Shown one piece after another: positions 24,086 to 36,932 of a DNA stretch of 64,000 nt (position 1 is the first letter of the stretch; every line of letters begins with the position of its first letter). Below the pieces are notes generated by a model, which worked only from the letters and a program-made list of their open reading frames with translations, was not told the origin of the DNA and did not search any database. Position numbers and translations under genes: made by a program. Source of the stretch: Vicugna vicugna (Eukaryota); NCBI GenBank assembly GCA_013265495.1, contig MU058844.1:1804941-1868940 (forward strand), read 5' to 3'.

Positions 24086-25757
24086 ATGCCCATATGCTAT
24101 TTTCTTAACTTTCTAGTTAATATTTCTGTTATTTATTGAAATTAAGTGAATAAAGGCAGGGCAAGTGGCAATTAAAAATATTTTGCTAACACTTCTGCAT
24201 CTAAAATTAGATACAGTTACAAACAAAAGACTCTACTATTACACAGAGATCTATGCCTTCTTCCAAATTATAACACATAGAATATGATGAAAAAGTTACA
24301 CATCCAGATATCACATATTTCAGTTTTGTGCCACAATTTAACTTGAAAAGGTGTATTTATTAATAAAAGTCCTAATTTTGCATGGAAAATTATCATCATA
24401 CTATAAATTTATGCACAGCTGTTTGATTAATCACATCTTACAATAGAGTTGGCTGTTTTACGCAGGAATAGGGGTAGAAATACAGATTTCTCTCCTCTGG
24501 AAAGAGTTGTTACTGTGAACTTCTACGTATACTGTTGAGTAAAATAAAAGCTATACTTTATTCTACAAGTGGGTTGCTACTTAAAACAATAAACTAAATT
24601 TAATAATATTTTACTTTATTTGAAAACAAAAATCAATGTAGAAAGGAAGATTACTTAAGCTCCATACCTCCTTGTTAAATCTATTCTATTCTGTATGACT
24701 GCAGGCTAATGTCCACAGAAAGGCAGAAAGCAAAGTCCTGTAAATATCACCACCATAAAATATAACAATTTGTTATTTAGGAAACCGAGGGAGTTACCTA
24801 AATCTTCCTTGGAATAAAATGATAAAATAATAGTCATGATCATCATCAGCCCAGATTGAAGCAGAAGGCCAAACTCTGATGCTTCAGGCCAGTAAACCTG
24901 GAATTCTAAATTTCTAAATGACATAAGCTACAAGGTAATTATAAATACACAAATGAATTTTATCATCTATGATTATTTTCTATTTCTTAAGTTTCTCATT
25001 TGTTTTCCTTAATTGATTGTACATGAGCAAGCTAATTAGCAAAACCATTTAAAATACAAGAATTTGAAAGCCAAATATACATATGAAAATCCATACATAA
25101 GATCTACATGAAAGATAAATGTATTCTTACTAGAAGGAAATCATGCATTTGCTTTACAACAGAACAGATGGTTTATACTAATAATGACTCATGAAGTCAA
25201 ACACTGGTTCTTAACGGTTGTAATATTCAGCTTTTTGGTGTTATCCACATAGCTGTGGTCAAAGTACTAACTCACTACAGAAATGGGGAACACATACCAC
25301 TCATTTAAAAATTGTTATTCAACACCGATTTGTCAAATGTATTGACTCCTCTTAGTATACTGAAAGTTGTCTTAAACAATTGCCCTAGGTTTAAACTATT
25401 CAAAATTTTCAAATCCTAAGTTTTCCTTCAATGACCTTCCTGGGTTTGATAACCCTCCTTTGCAGCCTTTCCACCATCACATTATTTTTATAAACATTTT
25501 ACTGATAAGAAGTATCCTCATTATCTGCATCTTCATTAATCTCTCCTTTCCCTAAAGAGACCCCAAGTGCAATCTGGTTCTCTTCTAGGACTCTTCACAT
25601 CTTACTCAGATCGTTATCACCTTGTCTCAAATCCTCCTTCAAGTTCACCATTCTCTTTGCATAATATCCAACTGTCATAGAGATTAATTGCTGTGCCCCT
25701 TGCTTGTACAGTGTTCTAATCTTATTTCAAGGAACAACTGTCAAATGTTGATTACTC

Positions 25758-26177
25758 TGTAACAGTCGGGGAGTGGGAGGCACAAACTATTGGGTGCAAG
25801 ATAGGCTACAAGATGTATTGGACAACACAGGGAACATAGTCATTATTTTATAATAAGGCCTGTAAATGGAGTATAACCTTTAAAAATGTATAAAACTTTT
25901 AAAAATAGATGAAGGGGATTAAGAGGTACAAACTTGCAGTTATAAAATAAATAAGTCATGAATATGTAATATACAGCTTAAAAATAAGTCAATAATATTG
26001 TACTATGTATGGTGACAGATGATCTAGACATCGTGGTGATCATTCTGTAATATATTTAAATGCTAAATCACTATGTTGTATGCCTTTTACTAACATAATA
26101 TTGTACATCAATTATATTTCAGTTTTTAAAAAAGCAAATGTGTTTAAAAATTTGAAATAAAGTGAATTAATTTAAAA
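25758..26177 (+). mobile_element. Two tandem LINE-1 3' terminal fragments of different subfamilies within one degenerate 15-bp TSD
   Basis: First: 'gggagtgggaggcacaaactattgggtgcaagataggc...aacctttaaaaatgtataaa'. Second: 'gatgaaggggattaagaggtacaaact...tgtacatcaattatatttca'. Flanks AAATGTTGATTACTC (25743-25757) and AAGTGTTGGTTACTC (26178-26192). Confidence 0.75.
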
Positions 26178-26424
26178 AAGTGTTGGTTACTCCAGAAAGA
26201 GTTTTCTGTTCAAAGATCTGAAATATACTGTAAGCCGGTAACTATAAAACAAACCCAAAATACTTTGAAAAAGAAAAAAATGTGGTACACATGGAGTGAG
26301 GATTGAGAAGCCTAAAATGCTGCCACTGAAAAAAGAGTGCTGACTGCATTATTGAGATCAGTAAGTTGATTTTATTTTTTCTCCTATTTTAGCCCTTCAT
26401 GTTTTTATCTAATTGGTTATTGTT

Positions 26425-26620
26425 AAGGATTTAAAGAGTTGTGAATTCAGATAATTTCCACTCTTTCACTTACTACTTTGGGCAAATTGCCAGATGTTTC
26501 TGATTTCAGTTTTTCATCTGTTACATCAGAATGATAATAATTTTATGGTTTTGAGGAGGAAAGCTTTAAGCAGTTTGTGGTACATAGTTAATAGTCAGTC
26601 AGCAGTGGCTATTATTATAG
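26425..26620 (+). mobile_element. MIR SINE
   Basis: 'cacttactactttgggcaaattg...tttcagtttttcatctgt...tggtacatagttaatagtcag'. Confidence 0.65.
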
Positions 26621-27573
26621 TATCTGGACCAAGAACTATGTACCAACAACCCCATGCTACTGAGCAGTTTCCTTAGAGTCCAAGGAGGAAAGAATCCAAT
26701 TTCTGATGTAAAGGAGAAAATGTTTTTAAATTCAGGAGAATACTTATAAACATGTTTTGTTATTTTGTAAATGCATAACAATTTGTAAGATATAAATCCT
26801 TGTATTAGCAACTCTTTACAGGCACATCCTAATAAGTGTAAAAGATATATAATGAATATTATTTTAGTTTTATTTCTGTAGTAGCACTTGCCTGTTGTGA
26901 TGTTAATGCTATTTTAGTCAAATAAGGAGTTTCAGCTTGATATCAGATTCTCATGACATAGCAATTGTAATGAATTTGGAGATAGGAGAGAGAGTTTAAA
27001 TATTTGCATAGAAAATGTGTGATTTAAAAGGATTGGAAAATCTTCTCACTAAATTGTCAAAATGAAAAAATAAAAAAGGTAGTTGGTAGAATAATTTTTA
27101 TGAACTAAAATTAGAAATTTACATGGAAGTATTTCTAATTTGTCTAAAATTGTTTTCTGATCCCTTCCAATAAATCTTAGAGTGCTAGAGTAATGTGTTT
27201 TTTGTATCTTTATTAACGTAATTGCACTTATCACCTATTGCTTTCTTTTTCAAATTTATTATTTTGAACTGCCAGCTACTTCTGGCTATTTACTCTTTTC
27301 CAGCACATTTAGCATTGAGTCAAGATGGTGTCATTTCATATGTGAGCTCCAACACCATCTCAGGCCCTCTGACCCTTCTTCAAATAGCTAATTCTCTGGA
27401 GTGCAGAGGTGGTGGCAGAAATGTTAGCAAATGACAAGGTGCTGAAAATTTTGTTGCACGCATTAGCTCTTCAGCTATCAAGGTCTTTATTTTTATATGA
27501 GACTGCTAAAGCTAGTATGATTTAATTATATTGAAAACATTTTATTTTAAAAAAGTAAAAGAAGTTGATTCTT

Positions 27574-30088
27574 CTAGCAGGCCAACACCAGAAGCAAAAT
27601 CCTCAACAAAATATTAGTAATCTGAATTCGACAATACATTGAAAGGATCTTACATCATGATCGAGTGGGATGTATCTCAGGGATGCAAGCATGTTTCAAA
27701 ATCCACAAATCAGTCAATGTGATACACTACGTTAAGAAAATGAAGATAAGCACCATATGATCATCTCAATAGATGCAGAACAAGTTTTTGACAAAATTTA
27801 AGGTTCATTTATGATAAAAACTCTCAACAAAATGGGTAAAGAGGCAATATTCAACATAATAAAGGCCATGTATGACAAACTTACAACTAAATGTTATATT
27901 CAACAGTGAAAAGCTGAAAACATTTTTTCTAAGTTCAAGAATAAGAAAAAGATGCCATCTCTGACCACTTTTATTCAATACAGTATTTGGAAGTCCTAGC
28001 CACATTAATCAGACAAGAAAAAGAAACAAAAGGAATTCAAACTGGAAAGGAAGAAGTAAAAATAAAACTGTTACTGTTTGTAGGTTACATGATACTATAT
28101 ATAGAAAATCTTAAAGATGCCATTAAAACCTATTAAAACTCATCAATGAATTCAGTAAAGCTGCAGAATACAAAATTAATATATGTAAATCTGTTCTATT
28201 TTTATATTAACAATGAACCATCAGAAAGAGAAATTAAGAAAACAATTCTACTTGTAATTGAATCAAAAAGAATAAAATACCTAGGAATAAAAGAGGTAAA
28301 AGATGTGTATTTGGAAAACTATGGGACATTGACAAAAGGAATTGAAAATGACACAAACAAATGGAAAGATATACTGTGGAAGAATTAATATTGCTAAAAT
28401 TACCACATACCCAAAGCAATCTACAAGATTCAATGCAATCCCTATTAAAATGCTAATGGTATTTTTCACAGAACTAGAACAAATCATTCTAATATTTGTA
28501 TGGAAATATAAAAGAACTGTAATAGCTAAAACAATCTTGAGAAAGGACAAAGCTGGAGGTATCACACTCCCTGATTTCAAACTATACTACAAGGCCACAA
28601 TAATTAAAACAGTATGGTGCTGGCACAAAATAGACACATAGATCAATGAAACAAAATAGAGAGCCCACAAATGAACCCACGTTTATATGCTCAGTTAATC
28701 TACAACACAGGAGGCAAGAATACACAATGGGGAAAAACAGCTTCTTCAATAAATGGTGTTGGAAAAACGGGACAGCTACTTGCAAAAGAATCAGACTGGA
28801 CTACTTTATCATACCATCTACCAAAATAAGTCCAACTGATTAAAAATTTAAATGTAAGACCTGAAACCACAAAACTCCAGGAAGAAAACATAGGCAATAA
28901 ACTCTTTGCCATCAATCTTAGCAACATTTTTTTGGAATATATTGCCTCAAACAAAGGAAACAAAAGTAAAAATAAACAAATGTGAAAATCAAACTAAAAG
29001 GTTTTTGAACAGTGAAGAAAGTTATCAACAAAATGAAAAGGCAGGCTACTGAATGGGAGAACATCTTTGCAAATGATTTATCTGATAAGGAGTTAATACA
29101 CAAAATATACAAAGAACATATGTAACTCAACATCAAAAACAATTCAATTAAAAAATGGGCAGAAGAACTTAATAGTCATTCTTCCAAAGAAGATATACAG
29201 ATGGCTAACAGACACATGAAAAGATTCTCAACATCACTAATAATTAGAGGAATATAAATCAAACCACAATGAGATACCAACTCACATCTGTCAGAACGAC
29301 TGTCATCAAAAAGACAACAAATAACAAATGCACTGTTGGTTGGATTGTAAATTGGTGTAGCCACTATAAAAAACAGTATGGTGGATTCTCAAAATTATAG
29401 AATACAGCTACCATATAATTCAGTAATTTCTCTTCTGCACGTTTACTCAAAGAAAACAAAAACACAAATTCAGAAAGATACATGCACTTCAGTGTTCTTC
29501 GCAGCTTTATTTACAGCAGCCAAGATGTGAAAGTAACTTAAGTGTCCATCAATAGATGAATGGATAAAGAATATGTTGTGCTTCCTCTCTCTCTCTCCCT
29601 CCCTCTCTCTCTCTCTCTATATATATATGTATATACACACACATTTATGTATATATACAATGGAATATCACTGACATTAAAAAAAGAAGGAAAACCAAAG
29701 TCAGAGAAAGACAAATACCACATGATCTCACTTATACGTGAAATCTAAAAAACTTAACAAACAAATAAAAGAAAATGAAAACAGACTCCTATATACATAA
29801 AATAAATAGGTTGTTGCCAGAAGGAAGGGGATTGGGAGGATGAGTGACATAGGTTAAGAGGATTAAGAGGTACAATCCTCCAGTTATATATTAAATAAGT
29901 CATGGGGATGTAACATACAGCATAAGGAATACAGTCAATACTGTAATAACTTTGTATGGGGACAGATGGCTAGTTGACTTATTGTGGAATCATTTTCTAA
30001 TGTATGCAAATGTCAAATCATTTTGTGAAACACCTAAAACCAATATAATATTGTAGATCAACTATATTTCAATTAAAGAAAAAAAGAA
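27574..30088 (+). mobile_element. 5'-truncated LINE-1, about 2.5 kb: decayed ORF2 (RT to C-terminus), 3' UTR and A-tail
   Basis: ORF-track pieces are ORF2-like ([13 protein letters not shown]...RFNAIPIK...[14 protein letters not shown]...[35 protein letters not shown]); many stops and frameshifts; 3' end 'caactatatttcaattaaagaaaaaaag'; TSD AAAAGAAGTTGATTCTT at 27557-27573 and 30253-30269. Confidence 0.95.
29584..29657. repeat. Compound (CT)n(TA)n(CA)n microsatellite inside the L1
   Basis: Read directly. Confidence 0.9.
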
Positions 30089-30215
30089 ATTCTGTACCCA
30101 TTAGCAATCACTTCCATATGCCTTCCTCCCAGCCTCTGTCATTCCAACAACCTGCTTTCTGTTTCTATGAATTTGCTTATTCAGGATATTTTATATAAAT
30201 GAAATCATATGATAC
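30089..30215 (-). mobile_element. Older L1 (L1MB-type) 3' fragment, antisense, lying between the L1 tail and the 3' TSD
   Basis: 'ctgtacccattagcaatcacttcc...cccagcctctg...ctgctttctgtttctatgaatttgcttattcaggatattttatataaatgaaatcatatgata', followed by a second A-rich tract (30216-30256). Confidence 0.8.
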
Positions 30216-30497
30216 AAAAATTAAAATAAATAAGTAAATGGATAATAAAATAAAAAGAAGTTGATTCTTGAGATCCATTTTGGCAACACATCTATGAACA
30301 GTTTTATGAATTTGGTTTTTATTCTTATTACATTAAAAAATAAAACTAAAATTTCACATTAGTATTCAATAGCCATGCAAATTCCTATATTTCCCAATAA
30401 CGCTTTTTATTAATTAATCTATTTGGCATTGCCTAAAAAAAATCTAGTTAAAAGGGGAAATTTTCAGTAGGCTTTGTCAAATTCATGCATTGCCCCT

Positions 30498-31106
30498 TGT
30501 GATAGGCAGAATTCTAAGATGACTTCCAATGACACTCCATCTTGTATAATCTCTCCTTGAGTGTGGATGGAACCTGTGATTAGCAGATATCATTCCCATA
30601 GTCACATTATATGTCAAATGGGATCCTGCATATGTAATTAAGTTCCCAAATCAGTTGATCATAAGACAGTGAGATTATCCAGGTAGACTTTATCTGATCA
30701 CATCAGTCTTTTAAATTTGGGTCTCAAGGATAGAGAGAGGAAATCAGAGATTTACAGAACAAGAATTCAACATGCAGCTGCTGATTTGAAGACAGAGGGG
30801 ACCACATACCAAAGAATGAATGTGGGAGACATCTATCAGCTGAAAAGCAGCCCTTGGATGACAGCCAGCAGGGAAACATGGACCTCAGTCTTAGAATTGA
30901 AAGAAACTGAATTCTGCCAACAAGAATGAACTTGAAGCAGATTAGCCTGCAGGTCCTCTACATAAGAAATCATCCCTGTAGCATCATGAGTTTAGTTTTG
31001 TGATACCCTGAAAAATGTCATACTGCTGACCTGCAGAGGTGTGAGGTGTTGTTTTACACTGCTAAATTTGCAGTACTTTATTACACATCAATAGAAAACT
31101 AATATA
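30498..31106 (+). mobile_element. Solo MaLR LTR (MLT1E/MLT1D-like) with 5-bp TSD CCCCT
   Basis: Starts 'tgtgataggcagaattctaagatg', ends 'caatagaaaactaatata'; CCCCT at 30493-30497 and 31107-31111. Confidence 0.88.
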
Positions 31107-32719
31107 CCCCTTTTCCCACCCCCCACAAAAAAAGCTTGAGCTAATTAGCACTGAATATTCTAAATTAACTGCTGCTTGTTTTATGTGTTAAAAATCATTT
31201 TTTTCGGTTTCTCTGGTAGTGCCAATTTTGAGAAGTATTTATTTTAATACCAGCTTTAAATATTTTAACTTTTAGCTAATGTGGGAAACTTTTCTGAATG
31301 TTCACACACTATTCTGTTTTATATATTGAAGCTAGGTTTGAAATATTCATTGGTGGAGATGAAGGTAGGAAGAAATATGGGCCATTAAAATTTTTCTCTG
31401 TTAAAAAAAAACCCAGATTGGAAAAGTAATAAAGCTACATAGATTGCTGGAACACATCTTATTAATGCTAAATTTAATTCAGAAGATGAGACAAAAAGCA
31501 AACAGGAATGTAATTAAAAGCAAATTAGGCAAAGAGAAATCACAGGGAAGACTGTCCAGATTGGAAAAGGAATTTCATGGAAGATGATGCTTTTGAAGAT
31601 ACTATCTATCATCTTCTAAACAGGGGAGTTTCCAGAAAGAGGCTTCAGGGGGAAACACTGCTTAATTTACAACAGAAGTCTTCATATTTATTTGATGTAA
31701 GAAATGAATGGTGGTATAGGGAACAAGAGTGGTTTGCTCTTCTAGTGTCAGATGAAGTGAAATTAAAGATTAATTCCTCTTTATCACTAAACAGCTAGGA
31801 CAAGCCCAGGCAACCTGCCAAGCAATGGTGTAAGACACTGACCTAAGTCTGGTTGGTTGGTTACTCTCCCAGTTCAACAGCAAATGCTTCTATTTTGCAG
31901 AAAAGAGGGCAGTGAAAGCATTATTCTTTATGGTTCAGTTTTAATTTAATTTAGTAAAATAACTATGAGGAAAAATAGAAACTTTGCAACTGCTTTCATC
32001 TAGAAGTTTCAAGTTAAAACATATAGCAGTTGACTAAATGAGGTCGAGGTTTACTTTCTGCAGATCTTAGCTTTGGGAAAAACTGCAACATCTTCTACAG
32101 CAAGCAGAAGCAGCTAAAAGGAGCATACTAACATATAATCCAAAGAAGTTGCTCAATACATGCTACTTATGTCTTGGAGTGTGCATGAGAAAACTTGTCT
32201 AAGGAGACTCTCAAAAGAAAAGCTCTTGCTTGAGAATACATCATCCTAATTTTTAGACCTATTGCTCTGAATGCCAATATTGCATTTATTTAGATACTTA
32301 TAATGCTATATTTATTAAGAAAATTATTGATTAATCTGCTTCTCATAGAGAATTAAAGCCATAAGGGGTAAAAACTAACAAATATTATGGCTGAGCAATC
32401 CCTAGTAATAAGAAAATCCATATTATACATATTCTGGCTTCAACACAAAAAGAATTCAGCATACAAACACAACAAAGTGCTAATACATAGCAATGTCTCT
32501 TCCCTAAGGGAGTTGTACCTGTAGGAGTTAATTCTCCTCTTACTTTACCACCTTTCATTACTTCCAGATCTATGAATCAAAATATTCATCTATCAGTTCT
32601 TTCATTAAATACCTCCTTCACACAGCAATGAATAGAACAAAGGTCTTGTTTGTACATGGCTTACATTTTAGTTGGAGGAACCTGGAAGACAAATTACAAA
32701 TTTAAGCCCAGAAAAAGAA

Positions 32720-33650
32720 GGCAAATATACACAAGACTTTCAGAGTTCACTAAATTTTACTGGTAAAAATTTCAGGAATGGATATGGGAATGGATTTCTA
32801 GGATTCTCAAGCAAGGATCTGGCTAAATTTATTGATAATTGATGAATTTATCAGACATTCTGAATCTGATGCTGTGGTTATGAATGATAGAAACTGTGAT
32901 TCTATGGTAGACCAACCTAAATGAAGGTAAAATTAAAGAAATTCCTCTAGAATAATGTACCAGATGAAATACAAGGATTTATCATGCTTAATGATCATGC
33001 AATTGTGTTCTGTTAGGAAGTACAGCTCCTCTCTTCACCATAACCTTGAGATGTACATTGGTAAGGGAAGCATTGCCAACCAGGTGGGACGTGGAAGACT
33101 CTGAAGTAAAATTCTACTGGAGCTAGGAGGATTCTTAAACGGCTAAGACTATGACATGGCACGTAAAGCAAATTGGGCATGTTTTCTACAATAATCAACG
33201 AAGTCTATGTGGCACTCTGAATATGGTCCTCAGAGATTTGTTGATGATTAATATGATTACTGATTACAACATTACCAAAAGCTGAATATGGAGGCAGCCT
33301 GCTAAGGTCCTGCTTGGCATGTAAAATGGACAACCACTCTGACTTGAAGAGCGGCTTGTTTGTGTCACCATTTTAGAGAACTGGCCCTTCCTCAAATCTA
33401 AGACCCAAGTCTCAAATTATGGTAAGAACAGTCACCCTTCATGAAAGGCCTTTAAAATAACATCACAAGTATTTCTGTGGAACTGGCCTTATCCCCAAAA
33501 ACGTGCAAATACTTACTTGGGAAACTGCACTCTAAGAGAGGGGATCCACCCAGACCTTGGGGGGTTATTAGACATTGGTTACAGACTAAAACAATGGCTA
33601 GAAACACATTATAATTATTGGGATCCACTGTCAAAGGGGACTTCTAAGGG
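32720..33650 (+). mobile_element. ERVL-class internal remnant (gag to protease), heavily decayed
   Basis: 'QEWIWEWISRILKQG' (about 32773) resembles ERVL gag GEYVWEWILRVWDxGG; 'ccaacctaaatgaagg' resembles PTLNEV; 'gggttattagacattgg' gives GLLDIG, resembling the protease motif LLDTG. Confidence 0.65.
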
Positions 33651-34149
33651 TGTTAATTGATGATTTTTAAAAATGATCTTTGTTTCCAGTTTAGATAAAT
33701 CAACTTCAAGATCGAAGTTCACTTTTGGGCTAGAGATGGGAAACATCAGCTTACCCAACTCTCTCTTTTAGAGGTAAAAGTCCAAAAAGTTCAGGGAAAT
33801 TAAATCACTGCTTTAAAGTGCAAAATACAACCTATGTCTTTTAAATTTTTACCAAATTGTTGGTGCCTGGGTCTCCTGGCTAGGGGAATAGGGTGGAAGG
33901 AACATGAGGTTGTCTAAGAATCAAGTGGGGAGGGAAGGGACATATTCTCTTCATTTTTCACTTTGGTTTTAAAATTTTATTTTATTCAAATTGTAAAAAA
34001 AAACCCCATAAATTATTTCCCTTTTTTTCTGGTGGCAGGGATGGGGGGTAGAGGAGTCTGAGAGAAAAAATTTGTGAAAAGGTAAGAGATGAAAATGTCC
34101 CAGGGATGGTGAAAACTATAAAGCTACAGTTACTAGAAGAAAAAGGAAT

Positions 34150-34475
34150 ATGAAGAAAACATCAAAACATTTAATAATCAAATTGCTTATAACAGTAAGA
34201 AAGAGAAAATCTTAAAAGAAGCCAGAGGGAAAAAGACATTATGTGAAGGAAGAAAATGTAAAAAATAGAGAATATTTCTTCTGGAAATATGCAAGCTAGA
34301 ATACAGAGCAACTGGATGTAATGAAAGTTAGAAACTATCAAACCAGAATTCTTAACCCAGGAAAAAAAATAACTCTCAAACCTAAAAGCAAAATGAAAAG
34401 TTTTCACACATGCAAAAGCTGAAATAATTCAATACTAAAAGACCTGAACTACAAGAAAATATTAAAAGGAAGGCC
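34150..34475 (+). mobile_element. Ancient LINE-1 ORF1 C-terminal fragment
   Basis: 'agagaaaatcttaaaagaagccagagggaaaaagac...aaccagaattcttaacccag...agacctgaactacaagaaaatattaaaagg'. Confidence 0.75.
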
Positions 34476-34477
34476 TT

Positions 34478-34885
34478 CAAATGAAATCACTATCTCAAAG
34501 AGATATTTGCATCTGCATATACGTTGCAGCATTATTCACAATAACCAAGATGTGGAAACAACTCAAGGCTCCATTGATAGGTGAATGAATAGAGAAGATG
34601 TGGAATATGTATATTCAATGGAATAATATTAAGCCACTGAAAAAAGGAAATCCTACCTTTTATGAAAACACAGGTAAAACTTGAAGGCATTATGCTCAGT
34701 GAAATAAATCAGACAGAAAAAGACAAATTCTATATAACCTCACTTACGTAGAATCTAAATAAAGTCAAACACAAAAACAAAGAACAGATTGGTGGCTGCC
34801 TGGGATCAGAGTGTGGGTGAAACGGGGAGACACTGATCAAAGGGTGCAAACCTCCAGGTATCACATGAATAAGACCTGGGGATGA
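34478..34885 (+). mobile_element. LINE-1 ORF2-end/3' UTR fragment (L1MA9/L1MB-like), truncated at both ends
   Basis: 'ttgcagcattattcacaataaccaagatgtggaaacaac...cttgaaggcattatgctcagtgaaataaatcagacagaaaaagacaaat'. Confidence 0.8.
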
Positions 34886-35351
34886 CTCAAATGTCCCCAG
34901 CCTCAGGAGACAATTAAAAAAAAATCTCTATATTCTGCTTGTCTTCTTAGCTTCTTAGCAACTGCTTTCTGCTTTTTTTCCCCTCAGTGTCTCACTCTCT
35001 ACATCTGCAACTTAGGAGTTGGCAATTGCCTTGAGGAAAAATTGCCAGGAGAATATTGAGTTCATCTTAATGCATTTTACTTTCAAGATCTTGGCTTTTC
35101 AAGTCCCCGAAACTTTAGTTTTTCACTGATGCTTTCAATCTGTTCTTTTAAGCATTTAATCTAATATACACAGTCATTCTCTGTGGGAATGTTAGTTTAA
35201 ACTAGGCACTTCACCATGATTATTGGTAGCTGTAGCACATACACTTATACATTTTAAGTAATTCCCATATTTTCCTACCTACCTCTCCAAATACAAGGTG
35301 TAGGACATGTTGGTGTTAGTGCTTATATTAACTAGTTCATTTAGTCTGGAT

Positions 35352-35614
35352 TAGCACTGCCTAATATAAACATATGATTCATTACATAATTTTAAAATTT
35401 CAAGTACTTGCATTAAAAAAGTAAAAAGAAACAGGTAAAATTATAATAATATGGCTTACTTAATTAAGTATATTTAAATTATCATTCAATATACTTGAAT
35501 TCAAAATCCACTGTATAGTCTATGCTTATAGCTCATCTCAATACACACTAGACCATTTCAAATGCTTAAGAGCTAGCCACATGTGACTAATGGTAACCAT
35601 ATTGGAAAAGGCAG
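35352..35614. mobile_element. hAT-Charlie MITE (MER33/MER3-like) with degenerate 8-bp TSD
   Basis: 'cattaaaaaagtaaaaagaaacagg...tttcaaatgcttaagagctagccacatgtgactaatggtaaccatattgga'; flanks GTCTGGAT (35344-35351) and GTCTAGAG (35615-35622), like the NTCTAGAN Charlie target. Confidence 0.8.
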
Positions 35615-36217
35615 GTCTAGAGGTTTCAGAATATTCAGGGGTGATGTGAAGGAACTAATGTAAATATACATTATATGATAATACTGACTTGAAGACCTAG
35701 ATTGTCTCCTCTGAGAAACAAATGATCTCTATTTAGCTATAAAAAGAACATTTTCATCATGTTAGGTGGAAAACTTGCTGATCACTTTTAACTGCTCAGC
35801 ATCAAATATTCCCTCCTATTTTAGAGAAATAACACAAATTACGTGATTCAATAGAAGGTAGGATTCAGCTTCCCAAGACTGAATCCCAAGGGATAAAAAA
35901 AACTCTCTGTACCCTGAAAGCCAAGAATCAGATGCGTAACTCAGACTCAGATAATCATATATGTCTTTCAAGGACTCCACACATAACATACAGAAATGTA
36001 GAGAAGACTTTAAAATATTCCCCAAAGTGGCCTTGAGTGAGGCAGAAAGGAGTCCTAGCAGTTACCCTGGTTTTGAAGGTCATTCTCACAGGATGATTTC
36101 TGGGTTGTAAGAGTCGCTGTGTTATTTTTTCCTAGGCTTCCTTTGTTCCTACAGGTGTTCAGGCCATTACATGAATCTCTGATTTCTAGGAGTTTGTGGA
36201 TCCATGATTCTACTTTT

Positions 36218-36450
36218 TAGTATAATGCAGTTTGCAAAGTGCATAAATTTAGGAGTCAAACAGCCTGAGTTTGAATCCTGCTTTTCCTACTCATTACCTA
36301 TCTGGACTTAGACTCATTATTTTACCCTTTTTTTTTTCAATTTCTTTATCTATCGAGTAGTGATGATTAATTGTACCTACCTCATGGGTTGTTACAAAAG
36401 CTCAATGGGATAATCCACACACAGTAAGTGCTCACATGTACTTATTATGT
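36218..36450 (+). mobile_element. MIR SINE, near full length
   Basis: 'ggagtcaaacagcctgagtttgaatcctg...gtacctacctcatgggttgtt...cagtaagtgctca'. Confidence 0.85.
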
Positions 36451-36769
36451 ACTGAATATTTATGTCTGAATAACAGCTTTTATTAATATTTTAAAAGTTT
36501 ATGGAAAGTCTACTGTGTACTCGGTATGCATAAAACAGCACTTCTCATTTTTTCCACCTAAAATTACCTTAATAAGAAAGAATACTTATTCCATATCCTT
36601 AAAGTTTTGGGAAGGGGTTATATGTAGCCTGAGAAGACCACTGTGAGCCTAGTCTCTTTGAATTCTCAGGCTTCACCTTGAATATTACTCCCACTACACA
36701 TGCTTCAAATCTGTTTCAAATTACCTACCATTGAGTAACGTGCCATGGTTATTTGGTGGCTTTAAGTGG

Positions 36770-36932
36770 TGCCAAGCACATAGCCCACTACCCTGCTTCA
36801 AGAAGTGTATACAAAATGATGTAACTTAATATTGGCAGTACCCTGTGATACAGACATCACTACTTTCATTTTTAAGATGAGAAAATTAATTCAGAGAAGT
36901 TAGGTATTTTGCCTACAATTACACTGCTAGTG
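36770..36932 (-). mobile_element. MIR SINE fragment
   Basis: 'catttttaagatgagaaaattaattcagagaagttaggtattttgcctacaattacactgctagt'. Confidence 0.65.

Noticed and set aside
28146..28843. Protein-like ORFs on the plus strand
   Set aside because: They are fragments of decayed L1 ORF2 with stops and frameshifts, not a cellular gene or an active element.
31577..31798. ATG-initiated 73-aa ORF with protein-like composition
   Set aside because: No recognisable homology, promoter or splice context; within chance expectation for 64 kb.
33880..33940. G-rich tracts as a possible G-quadruplex
   Set aside because: No set of four G3 runs with short loops; the same applies to 6446-6473.
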